Shown here in pieces: positions 26,761 to 37,306 of a stretch of DNA of 64,000 nt (positions are counted from its first letter, which is position 1; each line of letters starts with the position of its first letter). The position numbers and the translations under genes were made by a program. Location: the NCBI GenBank assembly GCA_965235115.1, contig OZ249436.1, forward strand, positions 30,568,001 to 30,632,000, read 5' to 3'. The notes under the pieces were generated by a model that was given only the letters and a program-made list of their open reading frames with translations, was not told the DNA's origin and did no database searches. The DNA comes from Laetmonice hystrix (lineage: Eukaryota).

Positions 26761-27507
26761 ACTACACTGCTCGAAATTACAGTCTTTTTGTAATAAGGAT
26801 ACAACATATCGGAAATCTAAAGAGTTTCTGTAGGAACTACATAACATTCATTATCTGCGTCAGTCGTACAGTGCTGGGCTGTGTTGACATACCTTATCAC
26901 ACTGACTCCATTGTGTCTGACCTAGTTTAGAAACGGGTGCGATGGCCAGTCCGTGGTCACTTTTCTCATACTCAAGGCAAAAAGGATGGAATATGAGAAT
27001 TTTATCGCATGTCATCGATTACGGGTACAGTACCAATGTAGAATGTATATTACTGAAATGGCATATATTTGAGTCAAGGTAAGCATGAAATCTGAGGATA
27101 AAGAGTTGGGGGTGGACGATGCTCGAGGGGCCTGATTCCTTTATCTGACCCCATGTGTAAGATTATATCCTCAATAGCACATGACATAAATTATTTGTGC
27201 TAAAACAGACTCTCAAAATGAAAACACCAAAACAGGGTGAATCCTAAATGCGCAACGCATCCATTTCCATAATGGTAACCTTTTTCAACACACATTTTTT
27301 ACCACCTTTTCCATCCTTACCAGTCATAACACCTACCAAATGAGAAATCATAAAATAATATTTAACCTGGTCTGTGCTGCTTCCGAGCCAATATTTTCAA
27401 ATTACCCAACCCCTTTGTTGTGACCCCGTCTGTACTGGTCCCCATTCCTGGTGGTCTGTTGGCGTGTGTGCTGGGGACTGCACGCTGGGGTCCACCGAGA
27501 GCCACCC

Positions 27508-29643
27508 TCAGCTGATGTGGGTCTGACGTTGTACGTTACTGGAGCCCACCACAAGGCGGCGCCACAGGCTGTGGGCGGTCTCCAGGAGGCGTTTTGGCAG
27601 TGCACAAGGCTGAAGGCGAAGTAATGCTGACCCCAGCTGTTTGATGTAGTCAGTATTTATGAGTTAAGGAGTTAGCCATCTACCTGCAAGCAGGATGGAT
27701 TATATTATGTTAAAAATATCACTCTTCAAATGCCTTTTTAAAACAACCTAAGTACTGAACAACTGGATTTGTACATTGAATCCATCTAGGACAGACACGG
27801 GGAGTTAATTTATGACAGTCACAAGAAAGTTTTAAATGTTTATAAATCCAACCATAGCTCAACTTGAAGGGAACATTACATAAATTGTCAAATTCAATCC
27901 CAAATAAACCCATCCCCCCCTCAAAAAAAAAACTCTAATTCAACTACAACATTAGTATAACTACATCATGCAATTTTTTAAGCCAGCGTAAAGGATATAT
28001 GAATGTGAGTGGTGGTTGTCCCCCGTTGATATACAAGACGTATGAGTAGCCATCTCTTGGTGTAGCCTTGATGGAGTAGTAATATGGCAGGAAGCTATGG
28101 AGGCCAAACTGGCGCCGCTCATAGAATCGAATGGCAGTGGAGTTGGCCGTCAGAACATGAAGGTAAACTGCCTTCACACTGTGTTGATCTCCTGATGTCA
28201 GGTACGAGAGCAACGAGTCGAGCAGCAACGATGCTACCAGCAGCAAGTTTGACAAATATGTATCAACACAATAAACTTTGAACATAAAGCTGGCAGTCAT
28301 GGTACATGAGATCATACATATCACATTCTTTATGGATTGTAGTATAATTTCTACCGATTTACACATTGAAATATTGATTTTCATTTGTATGGTGAAAAAT
28401 TAGATGGTTGTACTTATGTTGATGCAAATTTCTTGATGAGATTTTATCATAATCATATTAAGAACTATGTCTTTCTACATTTTCTGGACGTGATATGATA
28501 TATACTGCTTGGTATATTACGGCCAGACTTAATTGATAGTTTGGTTAACATGCCTGCCGACTATAGATTTCCGAAATTTGAAGAAAAAGTTTTCCATGAA
28601 GCCAATTTTATTTATTTTCTCCCTGTCAACGATGTCTGTTAATGCTGGGACATTTGCACTAACCTTGAAGGACTTTGTACTGAAGTTTTCATGAACCGAA
28701 CTTTCAAATAAGCTTGGCCTAAGTTACACCACTCACCTATGCCATGCCTCCTAAAATCAGTAATGACTCCGAGACTGAGGATGTATGCAAGTTGTGTACT
28801 TGGTGGAAAATGGGACGCCAATATGTCTGCATCCTGAACCAATAAGACAATTATCCCCTTTAGTTTATCACCCATCCTTGAAAACTGTGATTTATTGGAT
28901 TACCAAGGTATGTGTAGACCTACCATACATATCCAAGATGCAAAATAATCCAGAAAATTTGACTGGCAAAATAAAAGTTTGATTCGCAAATAGTACTAAA
29001 TTATACTGAACTTTTTCGGAAAATGATTAGCAAAATGTATCAGTTGTATAGCAATTTGCGATGCGAAACAGCTTATTTTGCTTCTTGATATATGATCTAA
29101 CAGGGATGAGACAGACTGATGATGAAAAATAGGAAAAACTGTCCACTAATGCTCCCAGAAACCAACCTCTGTACACTTATAACAGTCTAATTTAGGACTC
29201 ACTTTACAAATTGTACATACCTCTTTGTTGCATCTTGTGCGAGGTTTCACCTCAGATACTATAAGACCTATGATGACAGAGTTGTATGTGGCTGCCAGTG
29301 AGTAAAACTTTGGGTTGGAAGTGATGTCTTCATACCAGCTGTCCGGGTAGCTGTAAATGTTCAGCAATACAACACTTTCCTGATTCAGATTGATGACAAA
29401 AACATACAGAAGATATTGCTGTCCATTTTAAATTTAATAGTAATTGTCACGAGTATATTTCTACAGTTTTCAACGAGTTCTGAGTTCTGACAGTTTTATT
29501 AAATCAGCTTATTAAAGCCTGACTCACTCTATGGGAAACCACTCCGCACACAACCGCTTGACCTCTGGTATGTCGGCTGGATTCAGGAACCGTAGCTGAA
29601 CCTCACGCTGGATGCTGAAAGACACAGTCTGTGTCGTTGACAT
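27508..29643 (-). CDS. NAA60: N-alpha-acetyltransferase 60 (NatF), 5 coding exons, ~240 aa
   Basis: Exons 29643-29528, 29350-29221, 28833-28737, 28233-27999, 27652-27508 (723 nt). Peptides WFPIDYPDSWYEDITSN, AYILSLGV, FRRHGI, YLHVLTAN, LPYYYSI, YVLYINGG and DYIKQLGSAL match NAA60 as recalled. An alternative in-frame ATG at 29670 adds 9 aa. Confidence 0.95.
27653..27998 (-). other. U12-type (minor spliceosome) AT-AC intron, 346 nt, last intron of NAA60
   Basis: Minus strand: 5' site ATATCCTTT starting at 27998, branch site TCCTTAAC at 27670-27663, 3' AC at 27654-27653. Splicing restores PPLTFI/DYIKQLG in frame. Confidence 0.93.
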
Positions 29644-30874
29644 GGTAATGCCACAGCTATCTCCTCCCATCACACTTGTGTGGCTGACATCGGAGCATAA
29701 TGGCTGGAAAAATAAAAATGGAAAATGTTGAATGGATACAAGTTTTGTACAGCTACACAAATCATCAAAACTCAAGAAAATGCCAAGACTTTGGTTTTAA
29801 ATGAGCCGTTTTAAATTGGTACATGCACCTCCTTCATTAAACTTAAAGATAGTATTACTCCTTAACGGGAACCAACTACATCTTATGTTGGAAAAATTCC
29901 AACTACTTCTGATATACGGGGTATATATAGCTAGCTGCATGTTTGCAAATTCATCTCAGACCAGATGGCAATCATGTTTGGCTTTATAAGGTCTAACACT
30001 TTTTGTCTGAGTCACTTTGAAGGGCTCAAAGGCAAGTTTACCAATGGCAATGATCAAAAAGGAGAAGTAATTTAAATTAACATTTTAATCAAATCAAATT
30101 AAAGTCAAGATCCTGGCTGAAAAAACAAACAATTATAATCATATGCAGTTATGCCCTGCTCTGTTATAGTCTACAGGCCCGGTTTTAGTTCATGATTTTA
30201 CCAATCTTTAGACTGAAATTTTAAGAATGACTTGTGACTTTTGTGTTATGGTCTCTCATTGACTGACAATAACTATATTTTTCTTTTAACGCTGCAACCA
30301 AGTCTGCACGAGAGAAGCTAATCAATAATAGCGAGTGCAGCAGCTCGCAAAGCGAGCTCTATGACAAGACGTGTGAAAGGGCAACACATTACTGTCTCAA
30401 ATAAAATTTTCGTCACGTAAAACCGGAACCAGTCCTGACATTGTATAATATGTATCCCGTCGCTGCGCTCACCCTCTCTAGGTAGCACCTACATCATATT
30501 ATATAATATGCAATAATTAATGGCTCACTATCAATGTTGACTCAAGAACTGTCGCTATGACCTTCATTCATTGTGATTACATTGCCATTAATGCCGGGCG
30601 TCATGATGTTTTTACTCGTCATTAGTCAGCCCGAAGTCTAAGCCTAGGCCCATCACTATGTAGTGTCAGTCAGTGACGGAGTGAGTCAGAGCAGGCTTTG
30701 GTCAGAGCAACTGACAGATGTGTCACTGGGGGCTTGTCAGTGTCACTTCTCAGACTCAGTCAGTCAGGTCAGTGACACTGAAAAATAATCGACTGTGGCT
30801 GGTATCATGAAACAAAAATTAACAGCAGTAATCAGCAACCTAGACGAAGCAAACCATGAAAAGCCAATACTCGC

Positions 30875-31037
30875 CTTTTAAAAATGAAAATGTATCTGCT
30901 AAATAGCTTTTCGTAAAAGAAAGGTATAACACTTCCTAAGCTGAACCTTCACGTCTCACACTCCCCTCCTCCTTCCGGATATGGTGCTCCGGATGTTGAA
31001 CTTGAATAGTTGACAATCCCACAATGCACTGGGATCA
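30875..31037. promoter_or_regulatory. Bidirectional promoter NAA60/RRP7A with ZNF143(Staf)-like and ETS motifs; probable non-coding first exon of NAA60
   Basis: TCCCACAATGCACTGGGA at 31017-31034; CTTCCGG and CCGGATGT at ~30972-30996; candidate minus-strand donor AAG/GCGAGT at 30875/30874. Confidence 0.6.
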
Positions 31038-34000
31038 ATGATGGCGGCGCCCACGATGGGATCGAGAGTGGTCGTGTCGGGATTTACAGGTTTGTTTTAT
31101 ACAAGTAACAGGGTACTATGGAGAAACATGGCAGATTTATTGATACATATAGAGATGTTCGTAATTTTTGGTTTAATCTTGTAAGTTGTAGGAATTAAAA
31201 ACGAAGCAATATTTATGCCAACCCTGTGGCGATAATGGGGGTCCTGACAATGTCAATAACTGAATTAGGGCAGCACATGACATGTGCCGAATACAACCAA
31301 AGATAACGTCAACAATATGGTCGTTACAACCATTACTAATGATCAAAGACGCCTTAAAGGGCAAATATAATATGGCTTTTTGGGTTACCAGACGCGAGTG
31401 CCTTGCATTACGTGCGCTCCGCTCTGTGCGCTACGTCGACTCGGTCAGGCCGCTGCAGGAAATTATAATTTATAGTCGATTCGCTCCAGATCGGTCTCAA
31501 CAACCTAGTCGTTTCACCCCACTCTTGAAATCTTTTCGCCCACTCTTGAAGTAGTTTTGTCCCATCCAATGATCTTGAAGATCATTTGCCCCCGTACATT
31601 TTGGGGCAGTAGTTTGCCAAGATTTATTCACAAATTTCGAGATAGGACACGTCTGGGGCGCTGGGGCTGTCATGCTTAGGTCGTAAGGCCAATGATTTTC
31701 CGCGATCGCGTGAAACGGACGGAAATGACGGAATTTGCATAATGAAACGGAATCATGAGTTTCAAACAGAATTTTCAAATAAAGTTAAAGTGTGGCAGAC
31801 AAGTTTTCTGGCCGGCCCAATACATGTAAAATCTGTGTATATCAGGCCATGATATACACGGAATGGCGGTACGTTTTCTATTGCTGGTAATGATTGGCTG
31901 ATAGTATGCTGAGCTAATGCGATCAGCCCCACTAATTTAGAGCCAAATAGACTAATTTTAACTATAAAATTACGAAACGGAATTGTATATTGGCTGAAAT
32001 GGAAAAGGTCAGATTTTGAAACAGAAAATCATTGTCCCTCAAGGTGGTACACAGGAGGTTCAGACATCAGTTGCTCAAAGGAAGCAGAAGGGAGGCACAA
32101 GCATTGCCGTGGGTGCAGAATGGAGGCACTTGTTGCGGTGGTTGCAAAATGGAGGCACAGTGGTCGCCCAATGGTCGTCGAGGAGGTTGCTTGCCCACAG
32201 GTGGCTCAAGGGTCGCCTAGGAGGCAGAAGCATGGCTGAATGGTTGCCCAGTGATCGCCGTTGGTCGCGATGATGGGACAGAGGAGTAGATTGCCATGAA
32301 AATGTCCGAAAATTGCATTTTTGGTGGTTCAAGGGAGGCACAAGGATCGCTGGACCAGTTACATAGCAGGCCTGATATTAAGGGAAACTTGTGTAACCCA
32401 TTTTTCGTTCGCCCGTTTTTAATTTTAGGTAACCAACAGGCGAACGAAACGACCATTTGCCTGTTAATCTCAGGCTTGCAAAATTTGCAGGTGAACGGAT
32501 TTCCGTTCTCGGCCTTTCAATTTTAGGTGAACGACACGCAAACGAAACGATCGTTCGAGTCTTAAAATCAGGCCTGCATAGAACCCGAAACATGATTTTC
32601 TGGGTTTAGGCGACCATTGAGTGTCCTGGCCATGGAGGTCCAAATCCCCCCTGCGGCTATCTTTTGGGTGTGGTTATCTATTGGATATACAGTAGCCTAC
32701 ATAAATATGCAGGAAAATTGCGTTAATGCAAACGCTGTTACTGTCAACCCATATTGAGATATTTCATGTTCGTCACCAATTTTTTACATTATAATATGTA
32801 ATACCAGGCCTCGAATTACATGACGGCATCAACGGCATTTGCCTTTTCCTTGTATCGTAAATTTTCTGCCATGCCCTGGAAAAATCTGACGTTGATTCTT
32901 ATGTATCGACGGCAGTTTTTGCCGTGCCCCTCTCAACTTCTAATTAGAGGCCTGTAATACTTAGAATGCCCTTAAGAATTTTAACCTTTTTTGTATTTTC
33001 CAGTGGTTCCAGTAAAGTTTAATGAAGCCAGCACTGCTTCTCACTTTCTGTACATAAAGGAGCATCTGGTGCGTGAAGCTAATCCAAACAAACCCAGAGA
33101 GAGGACTCTATTTGTACTCAATGTCCCACCATACTGCACTGAAGTAAGTAAATTTACTGTGTTTGTGTTTGAAAAAATAGAAGGTGTTGAACATTTTTTC
33201 CATGGCTATGAATAAGCTGCAGGTCATTTTTAGAGCAAAAGTCATAAAAACAAAAATTAATGCCAACCCTCTGAGATGTGTATCAGCTAGATGCTTTAAC
33301 AGCCTCAGGGGGAGATCTGGGGCCCGTCTTACTAAAGCTGGTTATTAACGATATAGTTAACCGCTGGTAAAGTAGGCCGTCGCCAAGGCGATAACCAGAC
33401 AACGTTACAACGTTAGCGGTACCCCCTCCCCAGCCGTTAAGTTAACCAGACCGCTCCCTATACGTTACGCTACTAACTAGACCTTAGTAAGACGGGTTTT
33501 AACCAGCTCTAGTTAATAACGATTTCTGGTTATTAACCAGCTGAGAGTTAACCAGATCGGGCTTAACCAGCTTTAGTAAGACGGGGCCCTGGGGTCTATA
33601 TTCAGGGGGGGGGGGGTCTGAGTCTGATCATGGTGTGAGAACTCATGGTCCAAATGCCAGTGTCACCATCACCTCCCATTGTTAATCGGGCTGTTGCTTT
33701 CCCTCAGCTTTTTTTTATTGGATCCATCATAATATTGACACATAAAACAATGGGGGTTAAAGGGGACACCACAGATTTTGGGATATAGCAGCCCAGCTCA
33801 CATTGGGAACCTTACGACCTAGGGAGAATATCCTGAACTAACTTATAGGCTGTCCTTAGACAGTAGCTACATGTATCTATAAGCTGCACCCCCGATTTAT
33901 AAGTAGTTTGAGGAGGAAAGAAAGTGTAGCCTGTACACGGATGATTAAAGCCTTACCTTGAGCTGAGGTTTCTTTGCCTCCCTCCCCCCCCCCCCCAAAA

Positions 34001-36114
34001 AAAATAAGGTATAGATATTAGAACTATGTAAGTGGTAGGCCTCTACTCTAATTTTTCTACCAGTTGGTTAACTTAATTTGTCTACTGGTCTTTAGAAACT
34101 GGAGTAAATTGCCCATGCACCTCACAACAAAGATGGGCTATCCCTACTCTATATTCGTAAAATGATATTGTTTCAGGCTGCCCTGAGAAGGATCTTTTCA
34201 GAATGTGGTAAAGTTGAGCGAGTGTACCTCCATAAAAAGCCAACATCAGCCGTTCCACCATCACAAGAGTCCTCATTCTTCCCAACATCAGAGCCGGTAA
34301 CAGTAAGTGTTGCCAACAGTAGATGTTCCCGACAGTAGACTAGATCACTGAGATTCCTGTTACATCAAGTAAAGCACCAAATTCAGACTTGATACTTTTC
34401 CTAACCTGAAGGGGTGGGACTTCTAATTCATCCTCCATCCATATATATATATGTCTGTACGTCCATAGACAGCGATTTCTCATAAGTGTATGGGTCAAAT
34501 TGTATGAAACTTTAGACAATGATCAGGGACAGTCTGACGATGATGCACGTCCTAAGCATGAATAGGAAGTCGTATGCCCTTTTCTTTTGCACCATTGATG
34601 ACGTAGTGGGACATATTCTTCCATATTTTCTGAGCATTTATTTTTTCGACAATCATATTATGTTTAAGACAGAATAGGTTTTGTTGAGGTCTGTAAAGTT
34701 CACAATACATGTATTGTGTTTTTTTGTATGTAATCAATGTGAATGCATTTTCCCTTCTGACATGAACCACAGAAGGCATACATGAAGAATAACTAACGTT
34801 GGTTGTATTTGCTGATTAATATGCTGTATCATTTCAGGGATTTAAGGTAGCATACATTGTGTTCAAGAAGGAAATAGCAATTAAAAAAGCAAAGAAGATG
34901 AGTTATGGTGAACCAAAGATATTATCAACTTCAGATGAACCTATACTAACTGGACTTGCAAGTAAGCACTGAAATCTTTCACTCGTACGATTCATGCCCG
35001 ATATGATTTTTACAAATGGCTAGTCCCGAATATTGCATCATTACTAGATAGGAATATAGGAATCCAATGGCAGAGATTGCATGAAGAACAATAAGATACG
35101 CAAAATATCTTTTGTTTAAACAGATATGGAAAATCTTAAAATTCAATATATCAGATTATTTTGTTGGGGGGGGGGAGAATAGGGAAAATCATTGAAATTC
35201 TATATATTCGATTTTTTGTTGTTGGGGAAAAAGAATGGCGACAAGCATACACAGATAACCAGCCGCATCCAGAACAGCTGAAGAAAGATGTTGCCACATT
35301 TATGGAAGAATATGACCAGAAAGTGAAAGAGGTAGGTATACTAACAGGGCTATTTCATCTTTGCATGTAAAAGTAATGTCTTGATATGTCGATGACCTGG
35401 TTAAAGTCAGAGGTGAAAAAAAGTTGTCTGTGTCATCAGCACAGAAAATCTTTCCATACTGCTTTCTTCACTCAGAGAACGTTTAATTTCAGGAGGAAGA
35501 CAGTCTTAAAAAGATGTCTGGTGTTGAGGACAGTGAGGGTTGGGTGACTGTCACGAAGTACGGTCGAAACAAGGGTATACCCAGAACAGAAGTCGCCGTG
35601 AAGAAGATTACTGCCAATGAGAAAAAGAAACGCCAGCAAAAGGTAGTTTTTTCATAGCAAGAATAAGTAATTTTTGTTCTTTTGGCCCAAGAAAATCACA
35701 ATTTCTTCTGGACACATAGTACGCATAATGAAATCTTCAACTAGTCTTGCATGTGATTGTCATGTTGAACAACCATTTTTATCCTACAGGAGCTGTTGAA
35801 TTTCTATGCATTCCAAATGAGAGAATCAAAGCGAGCAAGTGAGTATAGACTTGGGTTATTATCAGTGATCTGTAAACTAAATTCTAGACTTTGTTGTTTA
35901 AATATTATCTATGCTTATGTTTATATTTTGTAGTTGTATTTGTGTAAAATTCATTTATATCTGATTATAACACGCTGGATTTGGATATTAAATGGTGTTA
36001 GTTCTTAATGAAACTGTCTGAATTTCAGAAATTGCTGAATTAAGAAGCAAGTTTGAAGAGGATAAACAGAAGATAGCGCTGATGAAGGCAGCCAGAAAGT
36101 TCAGGCCATTCTAA
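31038..36114 (+). CDS. RRP7A: Ribosomal RNA-processing protein 7 homolog A, 8 coding exons, ~274 aa
   Basis: Exons 31038-31089, 33004-33143, 34177-34302, 34838-34961, 35234-35331, 35493-35642, 35790-35838, 36029-36114 (825 nt). Peptides RTLFVLNVPPYCTE, GFKVAYIVF, FMEEYDQK, EGWVTVT, KELLNFYAFQ, LRSKFEEDKQKI and RKFRPF match RRP7A as recalled. AATAAA at 36372-36377. Confidence 0.95.
32367..32576. mobile_element. hAT-like MITE with 5-bp TSD, RRP7A intron 1
   Basis: TIR CAGGCCTGAT / ATCAGGCCTG; CATAG on both sides. Confidence 0.8.
32805..32954. mobile_element. hAT-like MITE with 6-bp TSD
   Basis: TIR CAGGCCTCGAATTA / TAATTAGAGGCCTG; TAATAC on both sides. Confidence 0.8.
33320..33588. mobile_element. 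Harbinger-type MITE with CWG TSD
   Basis: TIR GGGCCCGTCTTACTAAAGCTGGTT / AACCAGCTTTAGTAAGACGGGGCC; CTG on both sides. Confidence 0.85.
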
Positions 36115-36997
36115 GCCACTCACCAAACATTATCACTACCATCAACGGTTCTCAATCAGTCTGATGTGTATGGGAGTGGAACACTTTATTGCCATGCTTG
36201 GACTTTGCATGTGTGCACGATTTTGATGAGGTATATTTGAGAACATACCACACTATTACTTGATGCCGAGTGAAGACAGTATGGATGGGGGTGTGATGGT
36301 TTATGGGTTATAAATGTGAAAACCGTGGAAAAAGTTACGCAAATATATGCATCAATATAAGTTTATTGGAAAATAAACTCAGCACTTTATACATACACTA
36401 CAAAATCGTTTTGAGTCTGGTCTCTTTGCATTTTTATGACAAACCATTCGGAGGTACTGTGCATTCACCGCTGGATGCAAATGTTTTCTTTTCCAAGTTT
36501 TGTTAATGCACGTTTAGAAATACCCATTTCGCTGCCACAATGCAGAGGGCTTTCCCTTGAGACCCTGGCTAGGATCATACTATACTTATGTTCATTCAGT
36601 CTTCAACTCGCGGCTACTCCATCCAATATTCAGGTAACTTCAAAAGCACAAAAGATGTTTTCCCTCCGCGGACAAAGTCTGTGAGTGCTCAAGTCGTATC
36701 CATGTGCCAGGCTACGAGTGTACAACACTACATTCAACCATTATCTACTCTCATAACGTCTTGATGACACCAGCTTCCATGACTACAAATGTAGCTCCAC
36801 TGTGTCTACTGTCTGTAGAAATCCCACCACGATATACGGCTAGCCACTGTGTCCTTTGTAGCCCTAGACTTGCCAGTATCTTGTGAGCCCTAGCATAGCG
36901 AAACCAACCTCAGTGTCTCGTCTTGTTCCAGTTCATAACTGTGCCCACATACAGCATGTCCCACTCACCATGCAGGGTTTTGATCCTTTTATTCCTG

Positions 36998-37297
36998 GTC
37001 GAATGGCAGTGATGTCCACTCATTCTAAACACCCCTACGGGTGTTCATGTAGTCGAATGGCAGTGATGTCCACTCATTCTAAACACCCCTACGGGTGTTC
37101 ATGTAGTCGAATGGCAGTGATGTCCACTTATTCTAAACACCCCTGCAGGTGTTCATACTCGAATGGCAGTGATGTCCACTCATTCTAAACACCCCTACGG
37201 GTGTTCATGTAGTCGAATGGCAGTGATGTCCACTCATTCTAAACACCCCTGCAGGTGTTCATACTCGAATGGTAGTGATGTCCACTTATTCTAAACA
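36998..37297. repeat. Tandem repeat, 54/52-bp units, ~5.6 copies, in the INTS15 3' UTR
   Basis: Unit gtcgaatggcagtgatgtccactcattctaaacacccctacgggtgttcatgta; GAATGG anchors at 37001, 37055, 37109, 37161, 37215, 37267. Confidence 0.95.
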
Positions 37298-37306
37298 GGT
37301 GTACTT

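Noticed and set aside
12482..36028. Intronic box C/D snoRNAs in REXO5 or RRP7A
   Set aside because: No convincing RTGATGA...CTGA pair with a terminal stem found by eye; an Infernal/snoscan run would be needed to exclude them.
36998..37297. CRISPR-like array, iron-responsive elements or ribozyme repeats
   Set aside because: No unique spacers and no cas genes in a eukaryotic locus; CAGTGA is on the non-mRNA strand without a proper IRE stem; no hammerhead core (CUGANGA/GAAA).
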